DNA of 47,774 nucleotides from an uncultured Mycoplasmatota bacterium (GTDB lineage Bacteria; Bacillota_I; Bacilli_A; Mycoplasmatales; Mycoplasmoidaceae): NCBI GenBank assembly GCA_949500635.1, contig CATAWQ010000001.1, positions 1 to 47,774 of the forward strand, read 5' to 3'. Shown piece by piece: positions 1 to 10,975 of this stretch (position 1 is its first letter; each line of letters starts with the position of its first letter). The notes under the pieces were generated by a model. It saw only the letters and a program-made list of their open reading frames with translations, ran no database searches and was not told where the DNA came from. The position numbers and the translations under genes were made by a program.

Positions 1-19
1 GAGAGAGAGAGAGAGAGAG
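1..19. repeat. (GA)n dinucleotide microsatellite, truncated by the window edge
   Basis: The window opens inside a perfect run, gagagagagagagagagag (9.5 units visible). The true length is unknown. All three + frames reach a stop within 65 nt after the run. Confidence 0.9.
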
Positions 20-54
20 TAACTGCTCTCTAATTATTTTTAGTGTAGGAGGGG

Positions 55-90
55 ATATTCTATAGATTTTATCTATAGAATATTTTTGTA
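55..90 (+). terminator. Perfect 13-bp hairpin plus T-rich tail (terminator-like, or regulatory for the R-M operon)
   Basis: atattctatagat (55-67) pairs with atctatagaatat (71-83) around a 3-nt loop, followed by tttttgtattt. The hairpin lies between an AGGAGG (47-52) and the methyltransferase ATG at 94. Confidence 0.4.
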
Positions 91-93
91 TTT

Positions 94-918
94 ATGATAA
101 ATGTTGTTTTTTATAAAGACTCATCAAAAATGAAGGAATTAAAAAATAACAGTGTTGATTTAGTAGTTACCTCCCCTCCTTATTTTAATATAAAAAACTA
201 TGCATATGATGGGTACCAAAAAACAAAACATTCTTCAGTTTTAAAAAAAGATGTAAGTTATGCAAAAAAGTTTAATAAATATATTCAAAAACTTTTACCT
301 GTATGAAAAGAATGTTATAGAGTTTTAAAACCAAATGGAAAAATTTGCATAAATGTTCCTCTAATTCCAATTTTAAAAAAATATGATAATAGATTCCATA
401 ACAGAACAATATATGACTTACAAGCAGAAATACAACATTCTATTCTTACTAATACAAGATTTAATTTGCTTGATTTGTACATATGAAATAGAATTAATTC
501 TACTAAACGATTAATGTTTGGTTCATATCCATATCCATCAAATTTTTATGCACAAAATACAACTGAATTTATTTCAGTTTATGTTAAACCTGGTAAAGCA
601 AAAAAAGTAAGTAAAACAATTAAAGAAAAATCGAAAATTACACAAAGTGATTGATTAAGATTTACAAGTCAAATTTGAAATATCCCTATCCCAAATAGAA
701 ATGATAAAGCATTTGGAAAACATTGTGCAATTATGCCAATAGAAATTGCCAATAGATGTATAAAGTTATATTCTTTTATAGGTGACACTATATTAGATCC
801 GTTTGCAGGAAGTGGAACAACATTAGTTTCGGCAAAAAATAATAATAGAAATTTTATAGGGTATGAAATTTATAAAAATTACAAACCAGTAATCAATAAA
901 AAAGTTTATGAAAAATAA
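94..918 (+). CDS. DNA methyltransferase, beta-class N4/N6 family, SPPY catalytic motif (probable N4-cytosine)
   Basis: ORFs 94..306 and 733..918 are in one frame and join across TGA codons (274 aa). Motif IV is DLVVTSPPY near the N-terminus and motif I is DPFAGSGTT near the C-terminus, which is the beta-class order. The stop is a true TAA at 916. Confidence 0.85.
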
Positions 919-1678
919 AATATTTTTAATGGATGTTGTTGAATTTTTAAACACAATTAAGGATAAGAGTGTTGATTTAATAATAGCTGATCCACCTTAT
1001 AACATTGGAATTGATGAATGAGATAAATTTGATTCTCAAGATCAATATTGAATGTTTATGAAAAAATGAATTTCATTATGTATTCAAAAAATGAAAATTG
1101 GTGCATCCATATATATATTTAACAATCAATTTAATTCTGCCATAACTTTAAATTTATTAAAAAATAAGTTAACTTTTAACAATTGAATTACATGATATAA
1201 AAAAGATGGATTTCATCCTTCTAAGAATAAATTTGTTAACAACCAAGAGACATGTTTATTTATGTCTAACGGCAATCCTAAAATATTCAATTTTGATAAT
1301 GTTAGAATACCATATTTATCAAAGCAAAGGCTTTCAAATTCTTTAGGAATAAAAACTAAGCAAGGAAAATATTGAAAACCTAATCCAAAAGGAAAATTAT
1401 GTACAGATGTTTGAGAATTTTCATCTGAACGACACAGCAAAAAAATTAATGGAAAGACAAAAAAACTCTCTCATCCAACAATAAAACCACAAGCAATGAT
1501 TGAAAGAATTTTGAATGCATCTGCAAATAAAAACTCAATAGTTTTAGATCTATTTTCGGGCTCTGGTCAAACAATAATTGCTTGCAATAAATTAGGGATA
1601 AATTGTAGTGGGTGCGAAAATAATAAGTTATTTTATAAAAATATTTTAAGAAACATAAAAAATGGAAAAATTAATTAA
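908..1678 (+). CDS. DNA methyltransferase, beta-class, DPPY catalytic motif (probable N6-adenine)
   Basis: ATG at 908 overlaps the end of the previous gene by 11 nt. It is in the same frame as ORF 1496..1678 across TGA codons (256 aa). Motifs: DLIIADPPYN, HPTIKP, DLFSGSGQT. Confidence 0.85.
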
Positions 1679-2945
1679 AGAGTTAGAACGAATTTGCTTA
1701 CCTCAATCTAAAATCCCAATTTTTATCAAAAATAGGTTGCTAGATAAAAATTATAGAGGATTGCATTTTTCTCAACATAACAGATGAAATTTAAATATGA
1801 TTATTCGCATACTCACTGAACTAAATAATTTTACCTCTTCTGAAGACTTTATGGAAATTTTAGTAGGAGATGATACTGGGTCATATGAATGTTCTATAGA
1901 TAAATATAGAAAATTTGTTCAAAATATAAAAGACACTCTAAATAGTGGCACTCTTAATACAATTAAAAAAAATATTTTTCCAGACCTTGCACGAATGGGA
2001 CTAATTGAAAGATTTAATAAAAACTTTATTCTTATAAATGAACAACAAAAAAAACAATCAGTAAAATTTGTTAGAATAAGTAAATTAGGAAAAAAATTAT
2101 TAGAAAAAAATGCTGATGAAAGACTAATAATATTTAGCATTTGTATCAAACGTTTGATGAATGGATATTTTACTAAAATATTTGATATTCTTTGTGAATC
2201 ATTAGAAAAAGTTAAAGCTAAATTTTCTCCTGAAACTTGAATGTTATTTTTAACAGGAATTGATCAAATTTTCTCAGAAAAAAAATACACATTAGATAAC
2301 ATTAAAAATTATTTAATTGAATATCAAAAATTAAATAAATTTAAAAAATGTGCTTTTATTACTGCAATAAAAAATTATTGTAAGGAGTGCCATGCAAATA
2401 GAAAAAAATATAATTTATCAAAGGATTTAGATAGAGATTGACATAATTGAAAAAATGAAGCACAACAAATTATTAACATTTTAGCACTAACTGCGCATTT
2501 TGAAAAGGATAATAATTATAATTTATTTATTAGAATTGGAAAAGGTGGTGTTGTTGATTCTGAGAAAAATTTGGGTAGAAGTTTAATAGAAAAGAAAAAA
2601 TATATGCAAATGCACGAAATAGAAAAAAAACCAGGTTTTAATCTCCATCATATCGTTCCTCTTGAGCAAGCTGATACAGCAGAACAATGAAAATTAATTG
2701 ATTGTTGAGAAAACATGATTTATATTGATGCATATTCCCATAGTAAAATTCATCATTATAAAGATAAATTATTTTTTAAATTAGGGTATGATAAAAAAAC
2801 TCATGATTTGATTATTAATTCTTTACTAGATAATGTAAGACCATTAATTGAAAAATATGAAGAAAATGTTATTTACAAAATAAATAATATTGAAAAAATG
2901 ATTTGCAAAAATTCAGAATTATTGACCTTCAAATCTTCAAAATAA
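1662..2945 (+). CDS. Putative restriction endonuclease with C-terminal HNH-like motif
   Basis: ATG at 1662 overlaps the second methyltransferase by 17 nt. ORFs 1797..2240, 2241..2441 and 2715..2945 share this frame across TGA (427 aa). The C-terminal region reads FNLHHIVPLEQA...WENMIYIDAYSHSKIHH (about nt 2640-2765), an H-N-H arrangement. I recognise no other family. Confidence 0.55.
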
Positions 2946-3360
2946 TTTAACTCAAATAAAACATATTTATTAACAATACATTTATAATGCAAATACTAAG
3001 TCAAAAAACCAAATTTCCTGACAACTTAGTTTAATTCACAATTTATAGTATAATTTGGGTTTTTGTAAATTATTTATTCGATCTATAGCTTCATTAATTT
3101 TGTTTTAACTTAGTAATATTTATAGGGATGACTATCTTTTTCAATACTCTTCTAAGTTAACAATAATTGATTTTGAAAAAAATCCTAATAAATTTTTTTA
3201 ATCTTATAAATATTCAAAATAAATCAGATGAATAAATAAAAGAAATGAATTTTTAATTAATAAAAATTATTGCTTTTGAATAATCTTATTAATAAATAAG
3301 AATATAAATTTTATATTTTAATTCTATTAGAAATGTCATCTAGTTTGTGTTGTTTTTTGT

Positions 3361-4551
3361 CTATTCGTTTTGTGTTTCTTTAGACTCTTCTAAACCTAAT
3401 ATCTTATTAGCTTCACTAATGCTTAAATTATTAGTTTCAATTTTATTTAATTTACTTGTAATTTTATTAGTTCTTGTAGTAATTAACTTATCGAAGTCTT
3501 CATTAGTCTTTTTAAATCTATCACTAATGTTAATAACAAGTTTGTTATAACGATCAAATTCTACTCTAATAGCTGCTAAAGTTTTTCAAATATTAGCTGA
3601 TTCTTTTTGAAGAGCTAACGTCTTAAAGCCCATTCTGAAACTTGTGAGAATAGCACTCATAGTAGTTGGTCCAGCAATTACTACATGATATTTATTTTGC
3701 AATTCTTCAATCAAACCGTTTTTACACACTTCTGCATATAAACCTTCAATTGGTAAAAACATAATAGCAATATCAGTTGTTTTAGGGATATTAATGTATT
3801 TCTCATTAATGTCTTTTGCCATATTCTTAATGGTAGTAACAAGACTTTTTCTTCTTTCATTAATCAGGTTTTCATCACCTAATTGAATTGCATCATTTAA
3901 TTGAGTATATTTTTCAAGAGGAAATTTAGAATCAATTGGTAAATATACATGTTCATTTTCCTCCATCCCAGGGAATTTAATGGCAAATTCTACTGGATCA
4001 CGTTTTGTTCCTGTAACAATATTTGTTTCATATTGATCTCTAGTTAAAATTTGTTCTAATATAGCTCCTAATTGAATTTCCCCAAAAATACCTGTTGTTT
4101 TAACATTGGATAAAATTTTTTGAAGATTACCGACACTCTCTCCAACTCTTTTCATTTCCCCAGCAGATTTTTGTACTTCTTCAAGACGTTTACTTAATAA
4201 ATCAAAACTTTCGTTAAATCTCTTAGTTATTGTTTCGGAAAGTTTTTCATCAACTGTTTGTTTAATTTCTTTCAGTTTAGATTCATTTAAATCGGTTAAA
4301 TCTTTAAATTTGATATCAAATTTATTATCAATTTCTTTTCTAATCTCATTTAATCTTTCTTCAAAAAAATGATAATTATTATTAATATTTTCTTCAATTG
4401 ATTTAATTTGTGTGGTAACAACAGTATCTGCAGTGTTATTTTTATTTTTATTATCTAAAAATAGTTTTAAAATAATGCAAGTAGCAATTAATGATATCAA
4501 TACTAAAATTAATATGATGATAATGGTAGCGTTCATAATGATATTAATCAT
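3361..4551 (-). CDS. rmuC: DNA recombination protein RmuC
   Basis: ORF 3586..4551 extends through a TGA to a TAG at 3361 (396 aa). It has an N-terminal TM helix, a long coiled-coil and an RmuC-like core (GEIQLGAILEQIL, PIDSKFPLE, IMFLPIEGLYAEV). Confidence 0.8.
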
Positions 4552-4635
4552 TATAAATATAATAATTATTAATTTTTACATTAGTAAACATAATTTTGTA
4601 AAAACTAAATTATAAAGTTATTAGTTAATTAAGTA

Positions 4636-5520
4636 TTAAGCATTATATTTATTAAAAAAATCCAATAAGATTTTGTATCTATCTAAAGCTTCAGGCATCT
4701 CATTTAAAAACTCATGTCTACTATGAGGAAATAAAATTAAAGAAACGTGTTTAACTCTAGCTTTATTCTTATAAAAATTAAATAATTTCTTTACTCCCTT
4801 ACCCATATTACCGACTGGATCATCTTCACCTGAAATTAATAAAATAGGTAAATCTTTATTAAGATTTCTAATATATTTTCTTGTGTATAGCTTCTTTAAC
4901 CCTCTAAAGAAGTCTGCATAAAACCTATATGAGCAAATAAATTTACAATATGAATCAGCGTGATAACGTCTGTTATTATCTTCATCAACACTTAATCATT
5001 CTCCTTCATCAAAATTCTTTGCATATGAACCAAAAGAGAGTCTTTCAATTAACTTTGCTGGTTTCTTCTTGTTATTAAATAAGCACACGAAAGACCCTAA
5101 ATATACTTGGAAGTCTTTTTTATAATTACTGCCACCAATTACTACTCCGTCAATTTTATCTCCATATTTACCAATATAACTTTGAGTTAGAAATGAACCA
5201 TAAGAGAAGCTAAATACAAAGTATTTAACATTAGGATATTTTTGTTTATAGTAATTAGTGATAAACCCTTCATCCTTAACTGTATCAGCAAACATATCAC
5301 CATCACAGTAACCTAAAGTAGTTTTATCAGTATTTCCGTGTCCTCTATGGTCGTCAGCTACCACCAAATATCCTTTTGAATTAAGAAATTTAGCAAATCT
5401 GTCATACCTTGCACCGTGTTCTACCATTCCATGAATGATTTGGACAATACCTTTTGGTTTTTTAACATTTAATCATTCATGAATTGTAATTCTCTTGTTA
5501 TCTCAGCTTTTTAATACCAT
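4636..5520 (-). CDS. Alpha/beta hydrolase, lysophospholipase/monoacylglycerol-lipase-like
   Basis: ORF 4996..5427 extends both ways across TGA (294 aa). Motifs: IIHGMVEHGARY (the HG..EH motif of this family), a nucleophile-elbow-like FSFSYGS, and a late GEDDPV segment. Confidence 0.7.
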
Positions 5521-5616
5521 ATATAACTTACAATAATATTATATTCTAATAAATAAGTAATTTAGGCTTATGCAAAGCATATTTTTATTAAGGAATTAAT
5601 TTTACACTTAAATTTG

Positions 5617-5643
5617 AACATATTCAAATTATTTGAATATGTT
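5617..5643. promoter_or_regulatory. Perfect 27-nt palindrome followed by T-rich run, just upstream of the poly(A) promoter
   Basis: aacatattcaaat-t-atttgaatatgtt has 13-bp arms and is followed by tttgttgttttttgagtttttt. It could be an insulating terminator or a protein operator. No + strand gene lies upstream of it. Confidence 0.35.
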
Positions 5644-5666
5644 TTTGTTGTTTTTTGAGTTTTTTC

Positions 5667-5686
5667 AAAAAAAAAAAAAAAAAAAA
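5667..5686 (+). repeat. Homopolymeric A20 tract in promoter region of LRR lipoprotein gene
   Basis: Twenty consecutive A residues, then cgag and TATAAAT (5691-5697), AGGAG (5706-5710) and ATG at 5718. Confidence 0.95.
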
Positions 5687-5717
5687 CGAGTATAAATATA
5701 TGAATAGGAGAAAAAAT

Positions 5718-7124
5718 ATGAAAAATAAAAAATTATTAAAAACTATTTTATGTATTACTTCAGGAATTGGGTTTGCAACATCAATTCCGTTTATGACAAC
5801 TGCTTGCGCTTGTGGATCATCCTCTACTAAAACAAATATTTTACCTGATGATGTTTATAAGTATGATCCAAACGATTCTGCAATTTTAACAGGTTTTACA
5901 GATGAATTTTTGGCTAATCCCAATGCATACAAACAATATAACACTATGGAAATTCCTGCTAGTGTAACAAGTATTAGTGAAAGCGCCTTTTATAATCAAC
6001 TTACATTACAAACAGATATCCCATTATTCATTAAGAACTTAATTTTTGCAGATGGGTCTAATTGTTCTTCAATCGGTCAAGCTGCTTTTGCGTTATGTAG
6101 CTCGATAAAAGATATAAAAATTGACAACAATTATTTTCATGATGAACAATTAGGAACAAAAGGTAAAGCAGTAATTACTGGAAAAAGAGGACAAATTTCT
6201 TGAAATGATTCATCTGTTGCTGTAGGAAGTTTGGCTTGTGGAGATATTGTAATTCCTGCTAATGTTAGTTCAATTGTAGATTATGCTTTTGGTGGTTGTT
6301 CATCATTAACTTCTATTGATTTATCAAAATGTAATAATCTATCTTCTATTGGGGAAGCTGCTTTTGGATTATGTAACTCAATAAATGATATAAAAATTAA
6401 TAATAATTATTATCACGTTGAACAATTAGGAGCAAAGGGTAAGGTAGTAATTCAAGGAAAAATGGGAACGACTTCTTGAAATGATTCATCTGTTGCTGTA
6501 GGAAGTTTGGCTTGCGGAGATATTGTAATTCCTGATAATATTACTTCGATTGCAAATAAAGCTTTTCAAACGTGTGGAAAAATAACATCTCTTAATTTTC
6601 CAAGTAGTTTAGAATCAATTGGTTATGCTGCTTTAAATGGGTGCATATCATTAACTTCAGCAGATTTTTCTAATTGTACAAAATTATTAACAATTAGTAA
6701 TAGTGCTTTTGAAGCGTGCCAATATTTGAATTTAGTTAGTTTCCCAAGTACTTTAAGCGAAATTGGTGAAGCTGCCTTTTCTAATTGTGTGTCATTAAAT
6801 TCTGTGACACTCCCAAATAGTTTAATCAAAATTGGCAGGAATGCTTTTATGTTTTGTTCATCACTAACTTCTATAACGTTTCCTAATAATTTAATGGAAA
6901 TTATTCAAGGAGCCTTTTACAGCTGTACTAAATTAGGTTATATTGCTTGAGATTTGCCAGATGGATATGATAATAGTATAAATATTGGAAATGATGTATT
7001 TGCTAATATTTCATCTACAGGAAAAGTTAAATCCTTAAATCAATCAATTAGTTCTGATGACTTCTTAGCTTGAATCCAAACTAAAGGAAATTTCCCATCT
7101 AGTGGTTGAGAAGCTGAAGTTTAA
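5718..7124 (+). CDS. Surface lipoprotein with BspA-like leucine-rich repeats (family copy 1, intact)
   Basis: ORFs 5655.., 6231.., 6507.. share one frame across TGA (468 aa from ATG 5718). The signal peptide is MKNKKLLKTILCITSGIGFATSIPFMTTAC with a lipobox Cys. Repeated units of about 23-25 aa follow the pattern IP.nvtSI...AF..CssLtSi. The C-terminus is GNFPSSGWEAEV. Confidence 0.85.
5922..6238. repeat. Left arm of perfect 317-bp inverted repeat (partner 11984-12300)
   Basis: Checked base by base against the reverse complement of 11984-12300 with no mismatch. Weaker similarity extends outwards to the promoter cassette and inwards past 6500. Confidence 0.9.
6060..6534 (+). repeat. Tandem duplication with 276-bp period inside LRR copy 1
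   Basis: 6060-6258 resembles 6336-6534. The near-identical core tcttgaaatgattcatctgttgctgtaggaagtttggcttg(t/c)ggagatattgtaattcctg occurs at 6199-6258 and 6475-6534 (peptide WNDSSVAVGSLACGDIVIP twice). Confidence 0.85.
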
Positions 7125-7219
7125 TAATTAATTTAAGAGAATTATAAAATTGATACTAAGTCAAAACACTTTTTTAAAACACCTTATTTTTATTAATATA
7201 TAATATTAATAAATCATTT

Positions 7220-10200
7220 ATGTCAATCAATAATTGCAAAACTGTCTTTGTTTACAAGAAAAATCAATTTGATTCTGAATCAAATGGGTTATTAAAAGAA
7301 ATTAAAAACTTTTTAAAAATCAACATTAAAAGTATTAAAGTATTTAATAAATACTTAGTGAAGAATGTTGAAAATTCAACATTTGATATTGCTTTAACAT
7401 CTGTGTTTAGTGAACCTATGGTAGATGATTATTACTTAGATAATCTACCTGCATCTAAAGGTTCAACAACATTTGCAATTGAATATCTTCCTGGCCAATT
7501 TGATGCTCGTGCAGAAGCTTGCAAACAATGTTTATTGTTGATAAACCCTAAGAATGAAGTAGAAGTTAAAACAGCTAAAGTTTATCAAATAAAAGGGGGA
7601 TTATCAACTCAAGATCTTAACAAAATTAAGAAATACTTAATTAATCCAGTTGATTCTCATGAAATTCCTGTAAACTCGACAAATTTTCCAATACATGCTG
7701 AAAATAAAGAAAAGATTCAGATAATTAGTGGTTTTACTAGTATGAAAGATGGAGATTTAATTTATTTACATCAATCTCTTTCATTAGCGATGACTATTGA
7801 AGATTTATTGATGGTTCAAGCGTATTTTAGAAAAGAAAAAAGAAATCCTACATTAACTGAAATTAAAGTTATTGACACATATTGATCAGATCACTGTCGT
7901 CATACAACTTTTAATACTAAAATTAATAAAGTTGAATTTGAAAAATCTAAGTATTCAGAATTATTTCAATCAACTTATGATGAATACTTAAAATCTTGTA
8001 ACTATGTTTATGGTTCAAAGGCCAAGACTAGAAACATTTGCTTAATGGATTTAGCAACTATCGCTATGAAGGATCTAAAAAAACATGGTTTACTTAAAAA
8101 TTTAGATCAATCTGATGAAATTAATGCTTGCAGCATTAATATCAATGTTAAAACAAATAAAGGTATTGAAAAATACTTATTAATGTTTAAAAATGAAACT
8201 CATAACCACCCAACTGAAATAGAACCATTTGGTGGTGCTTCCACTTGCTTAGGCGGTGCAATTAGAGATCCGTTATCAGGACGTACGTATGTTTATCAAG
8301 CTATGAGAGTTACAGGGTGTGCTGATCCTACAAAAGATTCAACTAACACATTAGCAGGTAAACTACCACAAAGAACTATTACAATAGCAGCTGCAAATGG
8401 TTATAGTTCATATGGTAACCAAATTGGTTTAGCTACTGGCCAAGTAGAAGAAATCTACCACAACAACTTTGTAGCTAAACGTTTAGAAACAGGCGCAGTA
8501 ATTGCGTGTGCACCTAAAGAAAATGTTGTAAGACGTGCACCAAAAGTTGGAGATGTAGTTATTATTCTTGGTGGTAGAACAGGGAAAGATGGTATTGGTG
8601 GAGCAACTGGTTCTTCTAAACAACAAGTTAAATCTTCCATTACTGAATGTGGGGCAGAAGTACAAAAAGGTAACCCTGTAGAAGAAAGAAAAATTCAAAG
8701 ATTATTTAGAAATCCAGATGCTTCTAAATTAATTATTAAATGTAACGACTTTGGAGCAGGTGGTGTTTCAGTGTCTATTGGCGAATTGTGTCCTGGAATA
8801 GAAATAGATCTTAATAAAGTAACTAAGAAATATCAAGGACTTAATGGAACAGAACTAGCAATTAGTGAATCTCAAGAAAGAATGGCTGTTGTTGTAAATA
8901 ACAAACAAGCAGCACAATTCATTAAATTAGCTAATAATGAAAACCTAGAAGCTACTATAATAGCTAAAGTAACTAACAATAATCGTTTAATAATGAAATG
9001 AAATGCTGACACTATTGTTAATATTTCTAGAGATTTCCTAAATACTAATGGATTTACACAAACTACCGATGTTAAAGTAGTTGCTCCAAAAAACTTAAAT
9101 GACCAACCGATTGCTAATGTTAAAGAAGCATGAATGTCAATGTTGTCTGATCTTAATGTTTCTATCAACACTGGATTGATTCAAAAATTTGACTCAACTA
9201 TTGGAGCAAATACAGTTTTAATGCCATTAGGTGGAATTAATCAATTAACACCTGCTGAAGGTATGGCTGCACGCATTCCTACATTTGGTAAAAAAACTGA
9301 TACATGTTCATTAATGTCTTTTGGATATAATCCATTTTTAGGAGAATGAAGCCCATTCCATATGGCTTATTACTCAGTAATTGAATCAGTTACTAAAATA
9401 GTAGCTATGGGTGGAGACTATAAAAATATTTATTTGAGTTTCCAAGAATATTTTAGAAAATTAGGTAAAGAACCTAAGAACTGAGGTTTACCATTTGCAG
9501 CATTATTAGGTGCTTATAAAGCACAAAAAGATTTATCACTAGCTGCCATTGGTGGAAAAGACTCAATGTCAGGAAGTTTTGAAAAACTTAATGTTCCAAA
9601 TACTTTAATTTCATTTGCGGTTTGTGTTGATGAAGCTAAGAATATCATCTCTCCAGAATTTAAAAAGATAAACTCTCAAATAATTTTATTAAGTCCATTA
9701 ACTAAAGCAGACTATACATTAAGTGATAAATCATTGATTGCTAACTTTAATGCAGTTAAGAAATTAATTGATGCAAAAAAAATTATCTCTGCATATTCAT
9801 TAAAGCATAAAGGCATTGCTGAAGGAATTTCTAAAATGTGTATAGGTAATTCTATTGGGGCAAAACTATCTAACTTATCTAAAGATGAATTGTTTAAGAT
9901 TAATTATGGATCATTAATTTTAGAAATTCCAACTAATATTTCTTTTGATAAAGAATTAAAAGGATTAAACTACAAAGTCATTGGTTACACAACTAAAGAA
10001 CCTAATATTGTCTATGAAAAAATAAATATCAAGCTTAATGATGTTATTAATCGTATTACATCTAAGTTTGAAGATGTATTCCCTTCAAAAACAGAAAATA
10101 AATCTAAAGAAAGTTTAGAATTACCTGTTTGAAATTGTAAACAACATTCATTATTTAGTAAAGTAGTTAAAAAACCAATAGTAGTTATCCCTGTATTTCC

Positions 10201-10975
10201 AGGTACTAACTGTGAATATGACAGTCAACTAGCTTTTGAAAAAGAAGGTGCTATTGTAAAACAAGTTTTAATTCGTAATATGAATTCTAACGCATTATTA
10301 AGTTCTATTAATGAATTAGTTAAAGCCATAGATAAGGCACATATTATCTTTTTACCAGGAGGATTTTCAGCAGGTGATGAACCTGATGGCAGTGCAAAAT
10401 TTATAGTTAACATTTTCCATAATGAAGCCGTTAAAAATGCAACAACTGCTTTAATCAAACGTAAAGGATTAATCTTGGGTATATGTAACGGATTCCAAGC
10501 ATTAATTAAATTAGGTTTAGTCCCTTATGGAAAAATCATGAATATGAATGAATCTATGCCTACATTAACATTTAATGACATTAGACATCATATGTCTACA
10601 ATTGTAAGAACCAAGGTTGTATGTAATAAGTCTCCTTGAATGCAAGGATTACAACCAGGAGATGTACGACTTAATGCGGTTTCTCATGGAGAAGGTAAGT
10701 TTGTATGTTCAAAAGAAGTTTTAGAAGAATTGAAAGAGAACAACCAAATTGTTACTCAATATGTTGATTTAAATAATAAACCAACAATGAAAACTCCATT
10801 TAACCCAAATGGTTCTATATATGCAATAGAAGCTATTACCAATATGGATGGTAGAATTTTAGGTAAAATGGGACACTCTGAAAGAATCGGAATAAACTTA
10901 TATAAAAATATTCCAGGAGAGTTTGACCAAAAGATTTTTGAAAGTGGTGTAAAATATTTTAGTAGAGGTAAATAA
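7220..10975 (+). CDS. purL: Phosphoribosylformylglycinamidine (FGAM) synthase, single-chain large form
   Basis: Six ORF-track pieces (7220, 8045, 9134, 9566, 10280, 10640) share one frame. I translated every gap and found only TGA codons (1251 aa). Motifs: [34 protein letters not shown], and in the C-terminal glutaminase domain [25 protein letters not shown]. Confidence 0.9.

Noticed and set aside
1-19. GA run as part of a CRISPR array or as a coding Glu-Arg repeat feeding into the methyltransferase
   Set aside because: It has no spacer/repeat periodicity. All three frames terminate before the methyltransferase ATG, so it cannot phase-vary that ORF by frameshifting.
2946-3360. 415-bp intergenic region between the R-M operon and rmuC, examined for small genes, sRNA or mobile-element ends
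   Set aside because: It contains only very short ORFs (15 aa or fewer) without an RBS. There are some imperfect hairpins (actaagt...acttagt, and aaaaaccaaatt...aatttgggttttt) consistent with convergent terminators. The motif atactaagtcaaaa recurs at about 7155, but that is too short to interpret.
5655-5717. Longer start for LRR copy 1 (TTG at 5655), giving an N-terminal MSFFKKKKKKNEYKYMNRRKN
   Set aside because: It would translate the A20 tract as poly-Lys and has no RBS. The ATG at 5718 has an AGGAG at the right spacing, and MKNKKLL... is a canonical lipoprotein signal shared by all three paralogs.
6623-6829. ORF MIKLFGSVTEFNDTQLEKA..., which recurs at 11738..11932 and so looks like a repeated small gene
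   Set aside because: Both are the antisense reading of the homologous LRR lipoprotein sequence. The recurrence only reflects the inverted paralogs.
7220-10975. purL as a fragmented pseudogene, or as separate purS/purL/purQ genes (six ORF-track pieces)
   Set aside because: All pieces are in one frame, and every interruption is a TGA. I checked the gaps at 7886-8044, 9002-9133, 9350-9565 and 10133-10279 codon by codon.
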